From Candidatus Caldarchaeum sp. (GTDB lineage: Archaea > Thermoproteota > Nitrososphaeria_A > Caldarchaeales > Caldarchaeaceae), in assembly GCA_025054515.1 (NCBI GenBank), contig JANWZT010000001.1, positions 1-46,152 of the forward strand: a DNA stretch of 46,152 bases, read 5' to 3'. How positions within the stretch are numbered: position 1 is the stretch's first letter; the number at the start of each line of letters is the position of its first letter. The position numbers and the translations under genes are program-made. A model generated the notes under the pieces. It saw only the letters and a list, made by a program, of their open reading frames with translations. It made no database searches and was not told the DNA's origin. Shown piece after piece: positions 9,269 to 17,779 of this stretch.

Positions 9269-10018
9269 CTAAAACAGCGAAATCGATTCGACATCAGCCG
9301 GAGCCAACGAAATCCTCTCTTGCTCAACCCGCAGAACCATGCGGCCCAGCTCGTCAAAGCCTTCGAGAAAACCAATCAACTGCGTTCCATGCGACAGATT
9401 GACGGAGACAACCGTTCTGACGTATTCCAGCACATCGCGTATCCGGTCGAGAAGCTCCGTACGCCATCCCTCCTTGTAGAGTTGGTAGTTCTTCTCGAAG
9501 GACTGGAGGATGTTTTCGAGAAGAAGCGAATCCTCCACCTTGTCTCCCACTTCGAAGGCAAGCGAAGAACGCGACGATGCCGGTTCGCCGCCCAATTCGT
9601 CGGGGTTGACGTTAACGTAGATTCCCGCCCCGGCAAAAGCACGGGCCACCATGTCGTTCACTACCTCCATCTCAACCGACACAGAAGCTACCAAATTCCC
9701 GTGAAGGGTGATTTCGCTGGGCCATCGCAGCAATGGTTGAAGCCCGGTTGTTTTCGCGATGCCTTCGACAACCGACAGACCCGTCGTAAGGATGAGCAGA
9801 GGCGAAGTCGTTGCGCTCTGGCGTGGGTAGATGATGACCGCGAACCAGAGGCCACCTGATTTGACAGGCTTCAAACGACCCACGGCAGCCCTGTGATTTC
9901 GCGTGAAAACCGTAAAACCCTCGTCCAAAGCTCCGAGAGCCCTCGCCTCGTCAAAGATCGAAACGGCTTCGCCGACCTCCTTCAAATTCTTCTCCGCGGC
10001 CTTCAAACACTTCGGCAA
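9269..10018 (-). CDS. Biotin/lipoate protein ligase family protein (BirA-like catalytic domain)
   Basis: LLRWPSEI (compare KWPND) and a BPL-like overall layout. The GRGRxGRxW biotin loop is not recognisable (AAVGRLKPVKSGG). Confidence 0.7.
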   Translation of the reverse strand: MPKCLKAAEKNLKEVGEAVSIFDEARALGALDEGFTVFTRNHRAAVGRLKPVKSGGLWFAVIIYPRQSATTSPLLILTTGLSVVEGIAKTTGLQPLLRWPSEITLHGNLVASVSVEMEVVNDMVARAFAGAGIYVNVNPDELGGEPASSRSSLAFEVGDKVEDSLLLENILQSFEKNYQLYKEGWRTELLDRIRDVLEYVRTVVSVNLSHGTQLIGFLEGFDELGRMVLRVEQERISLAPADVESISLF

Positions 10019-10109
10019 TACGACGCATCAACCAGCAATTAATGGTTTCCGTTTTCCTCGTCGACCGTCTCGAGTTGGGATAAAACATAATAGGTCGCGG
10101 GCCGCCGGG

Positions 10110-10934
10110 TTGAACGTGGCCGGACGACGGAGAACTCTTCTGAAAGCTGTTCTGGGCACGTCTCTCATCGCGACACTCGCCCCTTTCCTTTCATGGGGAG
10201 GGTATCTGTTCAGGCCCGAGGCCGCGGCCGGCCAGATAAGACAGAGGATAATCAACCTGAAAGATTTCCCCGTTAACTCGAAGCTCACGTTCCCGTTCCC
10301 GGCTACCGGCGACCCAACCGTCGACTCCGACCCCTTCAGACAATACATCCTCGTCCATCTACCGTCCGGCGACCTCAAAGCCTTCAGCAAAGTCTGCGTC
10401 CACCTCTGGTGCCTCTACGACTACATCCCTGAAAAACGCGAATTCCAGTGCCCATGCCATGGAAGCATCTACAACGCCGACACCGGCGTATCCATCAGAG
10501 GCCCCGCCGCGCTGCAGCCGTACCCAACAAACGCGTTGCCGGAGCTGACCATCGAAGTCGACCCCGACGGAACCGTGTACGCAACAGGCCTCAAAGGCAG
10601 AATCGGCTACGGCAGAGAATACAGAGCAGAAGCCGCTTGGATACAGCAGAGACAAAGCACTTCTCCCGACACACCGGCCGTAGCCTACGTAGCTTTGAAA
10701 GACCCCCTACCGCCTGAAGAATTCCTCACAACATTAAGAAGATACGACGTCCAGCTCGTGAAATGGTACGGTTACTTCGACAAATCAAGAACCGAAAGAG
10801 AATGGCTGATGAACGAAGGCGAAAAAAACGTCACACAAGCAACCGCGGTATACGGCGCCGACATTTCAGCGGTACCGGCCAAGCTACAACGCCTCCTCGA
10901 AGACCAGCGAATAATCACTCTACTCCCCCGATAA
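10110..10934 (+). CDS. Rieske [2Fe-2S] protein with twin-arginine signal and C-terminal extension
   Basis: VAGRRRTLLKAVLG followed by a hydrophobic stretch (Tat signal). The cluster ligands are CVHLWC and CPCHGS. The start is taken as TTG 10110 or GTG 10116, because the track ORF from 9903 overlaps the divergent gene. Confidence 0.85.
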   Translation: MNVAGRRRTLLKAVLGTSLIATLAPFLSWGGYLFRPEAAAGQIRQRIINLKDFPVNSKLTFPFPATGDPTVDSDPFRQYILVHLPSGDLKAFSKVCVHLWCLYDYIPEKREFQCPCHGSIYNADTGVSIRGPAALQPYPTNALPELTIEVDPDGTVYATGLKGRIGYGREYRAEAAWIQQRQSTSPDTPAVAYVALKDPLPPEEFLTTLRRYDVQLVKWYGYFDKSRTEREWLMNEGEKNVTQATAVYGADISAVPAKLQRLLEDQRIITLLPR

Positions 10935-10966
10935 AGCTAAAAAGCAACAACTCATCTTTCCCAACT

Positions 10967-11104
10967 GCGGGGGTCGCCAAGCCTGGTCAAATACCACGGC
11001 CGAAGCCGTGGGAAACAACCGGCGCAGGACTGAGAACGCGCAGCCCTCGCGTCAGCAAGCTCCTGTCCCGAAGGGGTTCGTGGGTTCAAATCCCACCCCC
11101 CGCA
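10967..11104 (+). tRNA. tRNA-Leu (anticodon GAG) carrying two introns (D-loop and canonical 37/38)
   Basis: The acceptor GCGGGGG (10967-10973) pairs with CCCCCGC (11097-11103), with discriminator A at 11104. The D arm is GCC/GGC and the anticodon stem is CAGGA/TCCTG with loop CTGAGAA (GAG at 11032-11034). The class II variable arm is TCCCGAAGGGGTTC and the T arm is GTGGG-TTCAAAT-CCCAC. The extra insertions are about 30 nt (10991-11020) and about 24 nt (11037-11060). Confidence 0.8.
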
Positions 11105-11226
11105 TGATTTTGTTGCTTCATCACATCCCAAAACCAGTCATCGTCGCCGATGAAAACCCGTTTCGAGCTGCATCTCCGTACTTCGCGACGAAAACGGCGG
11201 CCGAAGGTTTTCCAACTGTTGGGGGT

Positions 11227-12111
11227 TTAGGTAATTTGTTGTTCGGTTGGAAGTAGTTTGGCGAGTGTTTCGGTTTCTTGAGGTGATAGCGGTCTTGTCG
11301 GCGGTATGGGCTCGCCTACGTCGAGGCCGCGGAGCTTGAGCACGTACCTCGGTGCTGCGGTATCGGGGCCCACTTTTTTGACGGCGTCGCGGACTTTGTT
11401 GAAAATCTGTTGGAGGCGTAGGGCTTCTTCGATGTTTCCGTTCAAGACGTTTCGGTACATTCCGCTGGCTATTTCGGGGTAGAGTGAGGCGATTGCGCTG
11501 ACGTGCCGCCGGTAGCCCATGATGAAACTGTAGGCCATGATATGGTCTCCGCCCGCCGCGAGAAACCGCTCCTTACCGAACTTCTGGAACAGCTGAAGAA
11601 GCAGGTCGGTGTCGCCGCTGCTTTCTTTGAGGCCCGGCGGCGGATAAACTGTTTCCAATATTTTAGCCAGCGACTCGGCTGGTATTGGGTAGCCTTGTCT
11701 ACCGGGGTTGTTGTAGACGAGGACGGGAACCGATGATTCGTCGGATATTTTCTGGTAGAATTTGATGAGTGATTCGGTGTCGTAGCGGTAGTAGAACGGG
11801 GCCACGGCGGATACGGCGTGGGCTCCTATCCGGGAAGCGTGTCGTGTCAGCCAGAGGACTGTGTCGAGGTCTGACGCGCCCACGTGGACGATGACCAGCA
11901 TTTTCGAGCCGGCTGTCTCGACCGCGGCTTCGGCTACTTCCGCGCGTTTTTCCCTTCCAAGCTTCGCTCCTTCGCCCATGGTACCGAGGACGAACATCCC
12001 TTCGACACCCCGTTTCAGCAGGAAGTCGGCTGTTTCAGCCATCTTCTCCCGAAGGTTGATCGTGGGTGTTAAAACGGCGGCGATGACCCCCTTAAAATTG
12101 TTGAGCTCCAT
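11227..12111 (-). CDS. DapA/NAL-family class I aldolase (4-hydroxy-tetrahydrodipicolinate synthase or KDG-aldolase-like)
   Basis: VLGTMGEGAKL, VLVYNNPGR and GLKESSGD (Schiff-base Lys context). Confidence 0.85.
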   Translation of the reverse strand: MELNNFKGVIAAVLTPTINLREKMAETADFLLKRGVEGMFVLGTMGEGAKLGREKRAEVAEAAVETAGSKMLVIVHVGASDLDTVLWLTRHASRIGAHAVSAVAPFYYRYDTESLIKFYQKISDESSVPVLVYNNPGRQGYPIPAESLAKILETVYPPPGLKESSGDTDLLLQLFQKFGKERFLAAGGDHIMAYSFIMGYRRHVSAIASLYPEIASGMYRNVLNGNIEEALRLQQIFNKVRDAVKKVGPDTAAPRYVLKLRGLDVGEPIPPTRPLSPQETETLAKLLPTEQQIT

Positions 12112-12123
12112 GGACGGCTGGCT

Positions 12124-12768
12124 ATGGGTTGGCTGGCGTTTAAATGTTTGTCTGGTTGTTTATCGGCTGGGTTGGATGGTTTGGCCGCTGATGTGTTGGC
12201 TGGTGTGGCTGATGAGGTGCGGCGGTGCGTTCTATGTCCTCTTCATCGTGGTCGTTTGAACGCCGTTCCGGGGGAAGGCAGGGCCGACGCTGAAATCATG
12301 TTTATCGGCGAAGGCCCTGGGGAGGATGAGGATTTACAGGGAAGGCCCTTCGTGGGCCGTTCTGGGAAGCTGTTGACCGAAGCTTTGGAGGCCGCGGGCC
12401 TTCGGCGTGAAGACGTTTTCATCACGAACGTGGTGAAATGCAGGCCGCCCGGAAACCGCGAACCAACGCCCGAAGAAAGAAACATCTGCACCAAAAGCTA
12501 CCTGTTTAGACAGATTGACGCGGTCAACCCGCGTCTGATCGTTTTGCTCGGTTCCGTCGCCGTCCAGACTTTGCTCAACATCTCATCCGTCACCGCCGTA
12601 CGGGGGAGAGCCTTCGAAAAAGGCGGCCGAAGGTTTTTCGTAACTTTTCATCCCGCCGCGGCCCTCTACAACCCGGCCAACCGCGACATCTTCTTCCACG
12701 ACATCAAAAAGGCGAAAGAGCTGGCGGACAGCTTGAAATCGTTTCCCCGGCAGAGCAGGCTCGTGTGA
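12124..12768 (+). CDS. udg: Uracil-DNA glycosylase, family 4
   Basis: CVLCPL...VPGEG...MFIGEGPGEDEDLQGRPFVGRSGKLL...VKCRPP...FHPAAALY. The real start may be an in-frame TTG/GTG at 12172-12193. Confidence 0.85.
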   Translation: MGWLAFKCLSGCLSAGLDGLAADVLAGVADEVRRCVLCPLHRGRLNAVPGEGRADAEIMFIGEGPGEDEDLQGRPFVGRSGKLLTEALEAAGLRREDVFITNVVKCRPPGNREPTPEERNICTKSYLFRQIDAVNPRLIVLLGSVAVQTLLNISSVTAVRGRAFEKGGRRFFVTFHPAAALYNPANRDIFFHDIKKAKELADSLKSFPRQSRLV

Positions 12769-13334
12769 TGAGGTTGAAGCTGGGAAGAAGCTTCTACGAC
12801 CGGGACACGGTTGAGCTGGCGCAGAAACTTCTCGGCAAAATCATAGTCGTCAAACACGGGGAAAACATCAAACGATGCCGCATCGTCGAAACAGAGGCCT
12901 ACGTCAAAAACGACCGCGCCAACCACGCCTACAGAGGAATGACCCAACGCAACAAAAGCATGTTCGGCCCGCCCGGCATCCTCTACGTCTACACAGTCCA
13001 CACACATTACTGCATGAACGTGGTCCGCGGCGGCGGCGAAGCGGTGTTGATAAGGGCCGCGGAACCTTTGCAAAACGTTGATGGGCGGCTGGACGGCCCG
13101 GGTAGGTTGTGCAGGGAGCTGGGCGTCGACAGGAGCTTTGACGGCGTCGACCTCTGTTCTTCGGAGAAAATCTGGCTCGAAGACGATGGCTACGTGTTTG
13201 AGAAAATCGCCGTCACCCGTCGAATCGGAGTCACAAGGGACAAACATCGTCTGCTACGGTTTTTCATAGCCGACAGCCCATGGGTATCGCGGAAGAAAAG
13301 CCCATCTATCGCGGAAACAATCAAACCTGTCTGA
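12765..13334 (+). CDS. DNA-3-methyladenine (alkylpurine) glycosylase, AAG/MPG family
   Basis: IVETEAY...DRANHAYRGMTQRNKSMFGPPGILYVYTVHTHYCMNVV...VLIRAAEP. The start (GTG 12765 or ATG 12768) overlaps the udg stop. Confidence 0.9.
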   Translation: MMRLKLGRSFYDRDTVELAQKLLGKIIVVKHGENIKRCRIVETEAYVKNDRANHAYRGMTQRNKSMFGPPGILYVYTVHTHYCMNVVRGGGEAVLIRAAEPLQNVDGRLDGPGRLCRELGVDRSFDGVDLCSSEKIWLEDDGYVFEKIAVTRRIGVTRDKHRLLRFFIADSPWVSRKKSPSIAETIKPV

Positions 13335-13341
13335 TGGCTCG

Positions 13342-14619
13342 TTACCTCGACGCGGCCGCCGCGTGTGCTGTGAGTCCTTCGGCTTTTGCGAGTGCTGCGG
13401 CGTGTTTGCCGAGGCGTTTGGCGGCTCCTTTCATTATCCTGACTTCGGTGATGATTTTCACGTAGTCGATGATGTTTAGTCCTCCGCGGGTTTTTGCTTG
13501 GCCTGATGTGGGAAGGACGTGGTTGACTCCTATGACGTAGTCGCTGAGGACGGGTGATGAATGTTTGCCGGCTGATATGAGGCCTGCGTTTGTTATTTGT
13601 GGCGTGATTTTTTCGTGTTTTGAGGGGATGTAGAGGTGTTCGGGTGCTATGGATTGGATGAGGGAAATCGCTGTTTTGGGGGTGTCGCATACGGCTATGT
13701 ATCCGTTTTTCTGGAGGGATTGTTCGATGGTTTCGCGTCTTTCGAGACGTGGTGATATGAGGTTGATGAATTTGAGGACCTCGTTGGCGAGCTCGTCGGA
13801 TGTGGTGACCAACCCGACCAAAGTGTCTTCGCTGTGTTCGGCCTGCGCACACATCTCAAGAGCTACATCCTCCGCGTCGCCCAAGTCGTCGCTGTAGACA
13901 ACCAGCTCCGTCGGCCCCGCCAACATGTCGACCATCACATCGCATCCGACGAGTTTCTTAGCCGCCGTAACGTAAGGCCCTCCCGGTCCCACCACCTTCG
14001 CAACAGGCTTAACCGTTTCGGTTCCGTAGGCCATGGCGGCTACGGCGTGGGGCCCTCCCACGGCATACACTTCGTCGGCGCCGGCCACGTAGAGGGCGGC
14101 CAAGACGACGTCGCTTATCTTTCCCGCACGGCTGGGCGGCGTGCACACCACCGTCCTCGGCACTTTCGCCACTTTCGCGGGAACAACCGTCATCAACACA
14201 GTGCTCGGGTAGGCAGCGGCTCCCCCCGGCACGTAACAACCCACCGAAGGAAGCGGCGAAGGCCGTTGCAGAACCATCACGCCTTCGTCAATTCTTTTCC
14301 TAAAGCCGAGTCTTTTCAGCTGTGTTTCGCTGAGTTTGGCGATGTTTTCAGCCGATTTGCGGAGGGCATTCCGGATCTCTTCGTCGACGCGTCTGTATGC
14401 TTCGGCGATTGTTTTCTTCGGGATTGCGATGTTTTGCCGCGAAACGTCGGGCGAATCATATCTTCTGGCGTATTCGAGCAAAGCTTCGTCGCCTCTGGTT
14501 CTGACGTCTTCGACGATTTTCCGCACGGCTTCGACGTAGTATTCGATGGGTTTTCTCGGCGACACGATTTCGGCGGCGGCCTTCTCCACCGATGTTCTAT
14601 CCACTCGGAAAAACCTCAA
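13342..14619 (-). CDS. hisD: Histidinol dehydrogenase
   Basis: 425 aa; VGCYVPGG.AAYPSTVLM, AGPTELVV, AQAEHSEDT, APEHL and NHVLPT motifs. Confidence 0.95.
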   Translation of the reverse strand: MRFFRVDRTSVEKAAAEIVSPRKPIEYYVEAVRKIVEDVRTRGDEALLEYARRYDSPDVSRQNIAIPKKTIAEAYRRVDEEIRNALRKSAENIAKLSETQLKRLGFRKRIDEGVMVLQRPSPLPSVGCYVPGGAAAYPSTVLMTVVPAKVAKVPRTVVCTPPSRAGKISDVVLAALYVAGADEVYAVGGPHAVAAMAYGTETVKPVAKVVGPGGPYVTAAKKLVGCDVMVDMLAGPTELVVYSDDLGDAEDVALEMCAQAEHSEDTLVGLVTTSDELANEVLKFINLISPRLERRETIEQSLQKNGYIAVCDTPKTAISLIQSIAPEHLYIPSKHEKITPQITNAGLISAGKHSSPVLSDYVIGVNHVLPTSGQAKTRGGLNIIDYVKIITEVRIMKGAAKRLGKHAAALAKAEGLTAHAAAASR

Positions 14620-14715
14620 CCCGGTCGGAAATGATTAGGCTGGAGTTTATGGGTTTTTCATCCCGTGGTATGGGTGGAAAAATGCTTATTTTAGAGGTTT
14701 TGGCTGTTCTGCATA

Positions 14716-15222
14716 ATGGTTTCGGTTAGGGTCGTTGTTCCAATCGTTGTCGTGGTTTTGGCGGTTGTTGGTGTGTTTCTGCTCGCCGGCGACACAGGCC
14801 GCACCGGCACCACAACGCCGGCAACCACCACGCCGCAGAGAACCGAGACGCAGACGCCGACCCCGACTCCCACACCAACCCGGACACAGGCCATAGTCTC
14901 CCTCACCCTCTACATGAACGACTACGGCTACAACGCATCGCGCGGAGGCCCCACCATCAAAGCCTTCGTAGGCGACCTCATCCGCATACGTCTGATCGGC
15001 AACGGCTCGGGCCCCATCGTCCACGACTTCGTCCTCGACGAAAAAAGCCCATCACCCTACAACGTCCGCTCCGAAAGACTATCACGAGGCCGTGAACAAA
15101 CCATCGAATTCATCGCCAACCACGCCGGCGTCTTCAAGTACTACTGCAGCGTAGCACCGCCCGCGGGCCTCAGCCACCGAGACAGAGGCCAAGAAGGGAC
15201 GATCGAGATTCTCCCGAGATGA
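14716..15222 (+). CDS. Membrane-anchored cupredoxin (type-1 blue copper-like) protein
   Basis: An N-terminal TM helix is followed by a Thr/Pro linker (TQTPTPTPTPT). The cupredoxin-like core has GPIVHDFVL (N-terminal His) and FKYYCSVAPPAGLSHRDRGQEGTIEI (Cys...His loop). Confidence 0.7.
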   Translation: MVSVRVVVPIVVVVLAVVGVFLLAGDTGRTGTTTPATTTPQRTETQTPTPTPTPTRTQAIVSLTLYMNDYGYNASRGGPTIKAFVGDLIRIRLIGNGSGPIVHDFVLDEKSPSPYNVRSERLSRGREQTIEFIANHAGVFKYYCSVAPPAGLSHRDRGQEGTIEILPR

Positions 15223-15602
15223 AGAACCTTTTCATCGTCATCCCACTCCTTCTTTCGGTCTTCTTCGGAGTCGTGCTTCTCGTAACAGATGCGGAGCTGT
15301 GGACGGTCGCTCCGTCGCACGCCTACGTATTGATTGGTTTTACGGTGGCTGACGCTGGGTTGGTTTGGCCGGCTTTGACGGGCTGGAGGCGGATGGCGGA
15401 TTTCGGAATCTTCTGGGGCTTCGGCAAATTCGCCCTCTACCTCGGGGACATCTTGACCGCGCCCGAATTCGGCCTATCCTACGCAGAATTCGCCGCATAC
15501 CTCTTCAGCCTATGGGGCTACAACGGGCTGCTGGCTTCGCAGGCCCTGATAGCTTTGGGAGCATTTTTCGCCAAGAGAGGTTACGGCGCTTCGAGGTCGT
15601 AG
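15219..15602 (+). CDS. Small polytopic membrane protein, unknown function
   Basis: 127 aa with about 4 hydrophobic helices. It is coupled by an ATGA overlap to the cupredoxin gene. Confidence 0.6.
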   Translation: MKNLFIVIPLLLSVFFGVVLLVTDAELWTVAPSHAYVLIGFTVADAGLVWPALTGWRRMADFGIFWGFGKFALYLGDILTAPEFGLSYAEFAAYLFSLWGYNGLLASQALIALGAFFAKRGYGASRS

Positions 15603-16549
15603 ACCTTCAGCACTGCTTTCGGCGAAACTTCCTTCACAACTCGTTCACCCCTCACAACCAACGACGGAGACACGGCGCGGATTCTCCCAACCGTTTCCTC
15701 CCTTTCGCCACGGTTCTCCACAACATAGAGATGTATCACGGCCTGCGAAGATGTTTTTCCCAAAGCAAGGGGCAGGTAGTTGAGTGACTGATGTGGCAGG
15801 TTCATGATTATGCGTGTGAATTTCTCGTTGATCGACGGCACTATTTCGGCGGCGTCTCCGTTGAATGGTTGAACTCTGTTCGTTAGTTTATTGAGCTGGA
15901 TGTTTTCGACGAGGTATCGGTAGGCTTCGGGGTTTTTTTCGACGGCGTAGACGGTTGCGGATGGATTTTTTCGGGCGACTACTATGGTGAAGGGCCCGAC
16001 GCCGGCGAACATGTCGAGGACAACTTCATTCTCCTTCACCTGCGAGGCAATTCTAAGCCTCTCCGTCGAAAGCCGTGGGCTGAAAAACACCTTCCCGACA
16101 TCAAGCTTGAAGACACATCCCGACTCACGGTAAACAGTTTCCGTAGAAGGCCCACCATAAACAACCCTGTACGAGGCGACGCGTTCCTCTCCCGCGACTT
16201 CGCCAACCTTCTGCAAAACCGTCCGCACACGCCGATGTCTTTCCACGATGTTCCGCGCAAGCACATCAGCTCTATCAGCAGGCAAATCCATGTCGTTGAT
16301 TACCGCGATTTCACCGATGATGTCGAACGAAGCTTTGAGAACGGGCGATGTTCTGACACGGGCCCGTGGAAGATCTTTGAAAACAACTTGGAACCCGGCG
16401 GCGGGAACAGACTTCACCGGAACATAGACCACGTCGCCTTCGCGGACTATCCGGCGGCCGGTGTCCAGCAGGCCCAGCCGCAGGAGTTTGAGACGTGTTT
16501 CCTCCGCTTGTTTGGCTGGAATTTTTACGGCGGGCTCCGACTTGTTCAT
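15581..16549 (-). CDS. trm5: tRNA (guanine37-N1)-methyltransferase Trm5/Taw22 family (Met-10+ like)
   Basis: FDIIGEIAVI, FSPRLSTER, VLDMFAGVGPF and IMNLPH motifs. Confidence 0.85.
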   Translation of the reverse strand: MNKSEPAVKIPAKQAEETRLKLLRLGLLDTGRRIVREGDVVYVPVKSVPAAGFQVVFKDLPRARVRTSPVLKASFDIIGEIAVINDMDLPADRADVLARNIVERHRRVRTVLQKVGEVAGEERVASYRVVYGGPSTETVYRESGCVFKLDVGKVFFSPRLSTERLRIASQVKENEVVLDMFAGVGPFTIVVARKNPSATVYAVEKNPEAYRYLVENIQLNKLTNRVQPFNGDAAEIVPSINEKFTRIIMNLPHQSLNYLPLALGKTSSQAVIHLYVVENRGEREETVGRIRAVSPSLVVRGERVVKEVSPKAVLKVYDLEAP

Positions 16550-16639
16550 CTACCGGAGGATTTTGTCGGGGTTTTTAATACGTAGCCCATAAGCGGCTTA
16601 TACAACAGCTTAATATCCGGCGGCTTCAACGCAAAGCAG

Positions 16640-17779
16640 TTGATTGCTGTTGTCGGCGGCGGGCTCATCGGGCTCAGCGTCGCATGGTATCTCAGGCAAC
16701 GCGGGTTCGACGTAGTCGTCTACGAAAAAAATTCCGCCGGCAGAGGAGCTTCATGGGCTTCCGCGGGCATGCTGGCTCCCAACCTCGAAGCCGAACCCGG
16801 CGAAGAAAACCTCGTCAAACTTCTCCTCGAATCTCTGAAAATGTGGCCGGCCTTCGCCCAATCGCTGGAAAAACAATCAGGCATCGACGTAGGCTACCGG
16901 ACTGAAGGAACTCTTTCCGTCGCGTTGAACCGCGACGACGTCCAACGGCTCCGTTTCCAACATCGTTTCATGAAGGAGCTGGGCCTCGACGTGGAATTCA
17001 TCGACGGCGAAACCGTTCTGGAGCAAGAACCGTTCATCAACAGAAACGTCCAAGCGGCTTTGCACAGCCGAAGCGACCATCAAGTCGACGCGCGGCAAGC
17101 GGTCGAAGCGGTCAAGAAAGTCTTCATGGATTCGGGAGGTGTTTTGAAGGAAAGATGCGGTGTGGCTAAAGTTGTCGTCGAGGACGGCATGGTCGTCGGA
17201 GTTTTTTCCTGCGAAGGGTTTAGGAGTTTTGAGAACGTTGTTCTGGCCGCTGGGCCGTGGTCTCGCCACGTCGACGGCCTGCCGGAGCAGGAACGTCCTC
17301 CAGTCAGGCCCGTGAAAGGGCAGATGATAGCTGTGCGGGACACGGGAACTACGCCGTTGGTTCAACACGTTGTCTGGGGGCCTCAGAGACCATGGGGCCC
17401 CTGTTACATCGTTCCAAAACGCGGCGGCAGAATTCTACTCGGAACGACAGTCGAGGAAAAAGGCTTCGACGTTTCCGTGACGGCCGGCGGGTTGATGAAC
17501 ATTTTGAGGGGATGCTGGGAGGTTCTTCCAGCGTTGTCGGAGCTTCCGGTGGAGGAGGTGTGGGCTGGTCTGAGGCCCGGCTCACCCGACGACGCACCCA
17601 TCATAGGGCCTTCGTCGACGAAAGGACTGTTCATCGCGACCGGACATTTCCGGAACGGCATACTGCTCGCGCCCTTCACAGCCAAGGCAGCCGCTGACTA
17701 CATGGAAACGGGAAAGCTCGACGACTTGGCCAAACCCTTTTCACCCCAACGCTTCAAACCAAGAGATGAGCCGGGATGA
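16640..17779 (+). CDS. thiO: FAD-dependent glycine oxidase
   Basis: MIAVVGGGLIGLSVAWYL dinucleotide-binding start, DAO-family length, and immediately followed by thiS and thiG. Confidence 0.85.
   Translation: MIAVVGGGLIGLSVAWYLRQRGFDVVVYEKNSAGRGASWASAGMLAPNLEAEPGEENLVKLLLESLKMWPAFAQSLEKQSGIDVGYRTEGTLSVALNRDDVQRLRFQHRFMKELGLDVEFIDGETVLEQEPFINRNVQAALHSRSDHQVDARQAVEAVKKVFMDSGGVLKERCGVAKVVVEDGMVVGVFSCEGFRSFENVVLAAGPWSRHVDGLPEQERPPVRPVKGQMIAVRDTGTTPLVQHVVWGPQRPWGPCYIVPKRGGRILLGTTVEEKGFDVSVTAGGLMNILRGCWEVLPALSELPVEEVWAGLRPGSPDDAPIIGPSSTKGLFIATGHFRNGILLAPFTAKAAADYMETGKLDDLAKPFSPQRFKPRDEPG

Noticed and set aside
9903-10109. N-terminal extensions of track ORFs: 9903-10109 for Rieske, 9235-9375 for the nucleoside phosphorylase, 31530-31883 for the kinase, 43732-43944 for purB and 28974-29000 for aroA.
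   Set aside because: The extensions overlap the neighbouring well-supported genes in other frames and have junk-like composition. Internal starts restore typical N-termini and the 4-nt coupling pattern.
12765-12771. GTGATGA (C-box-like), as a hint of a C/D-box sRNA.
   Set aside because: It is the udg stop / glycosylase start overlap. I found no D or D' CUGA boxes at appropriate spacing and no terminal stem.
13190-14634. Long ORFs 13190..13852 (-) and 13834..14634 (+) overlapping hisD.
   Set aside because: These are out-of-frame or antisense shadows in GC-rich coding sequence. The products are extremely Arg/His/Pro/Ser-rich, while hisD in its own frame has full family motifs.
16550-16639. 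A possible TPP riboswitch upstream of thiO.
   Set aside because: The 90-nt leader lacks the conserved CUGAGA and ACCUGAUCUGGAUAAUGCCAGCG-type cores, and I see no matching stem architecture.
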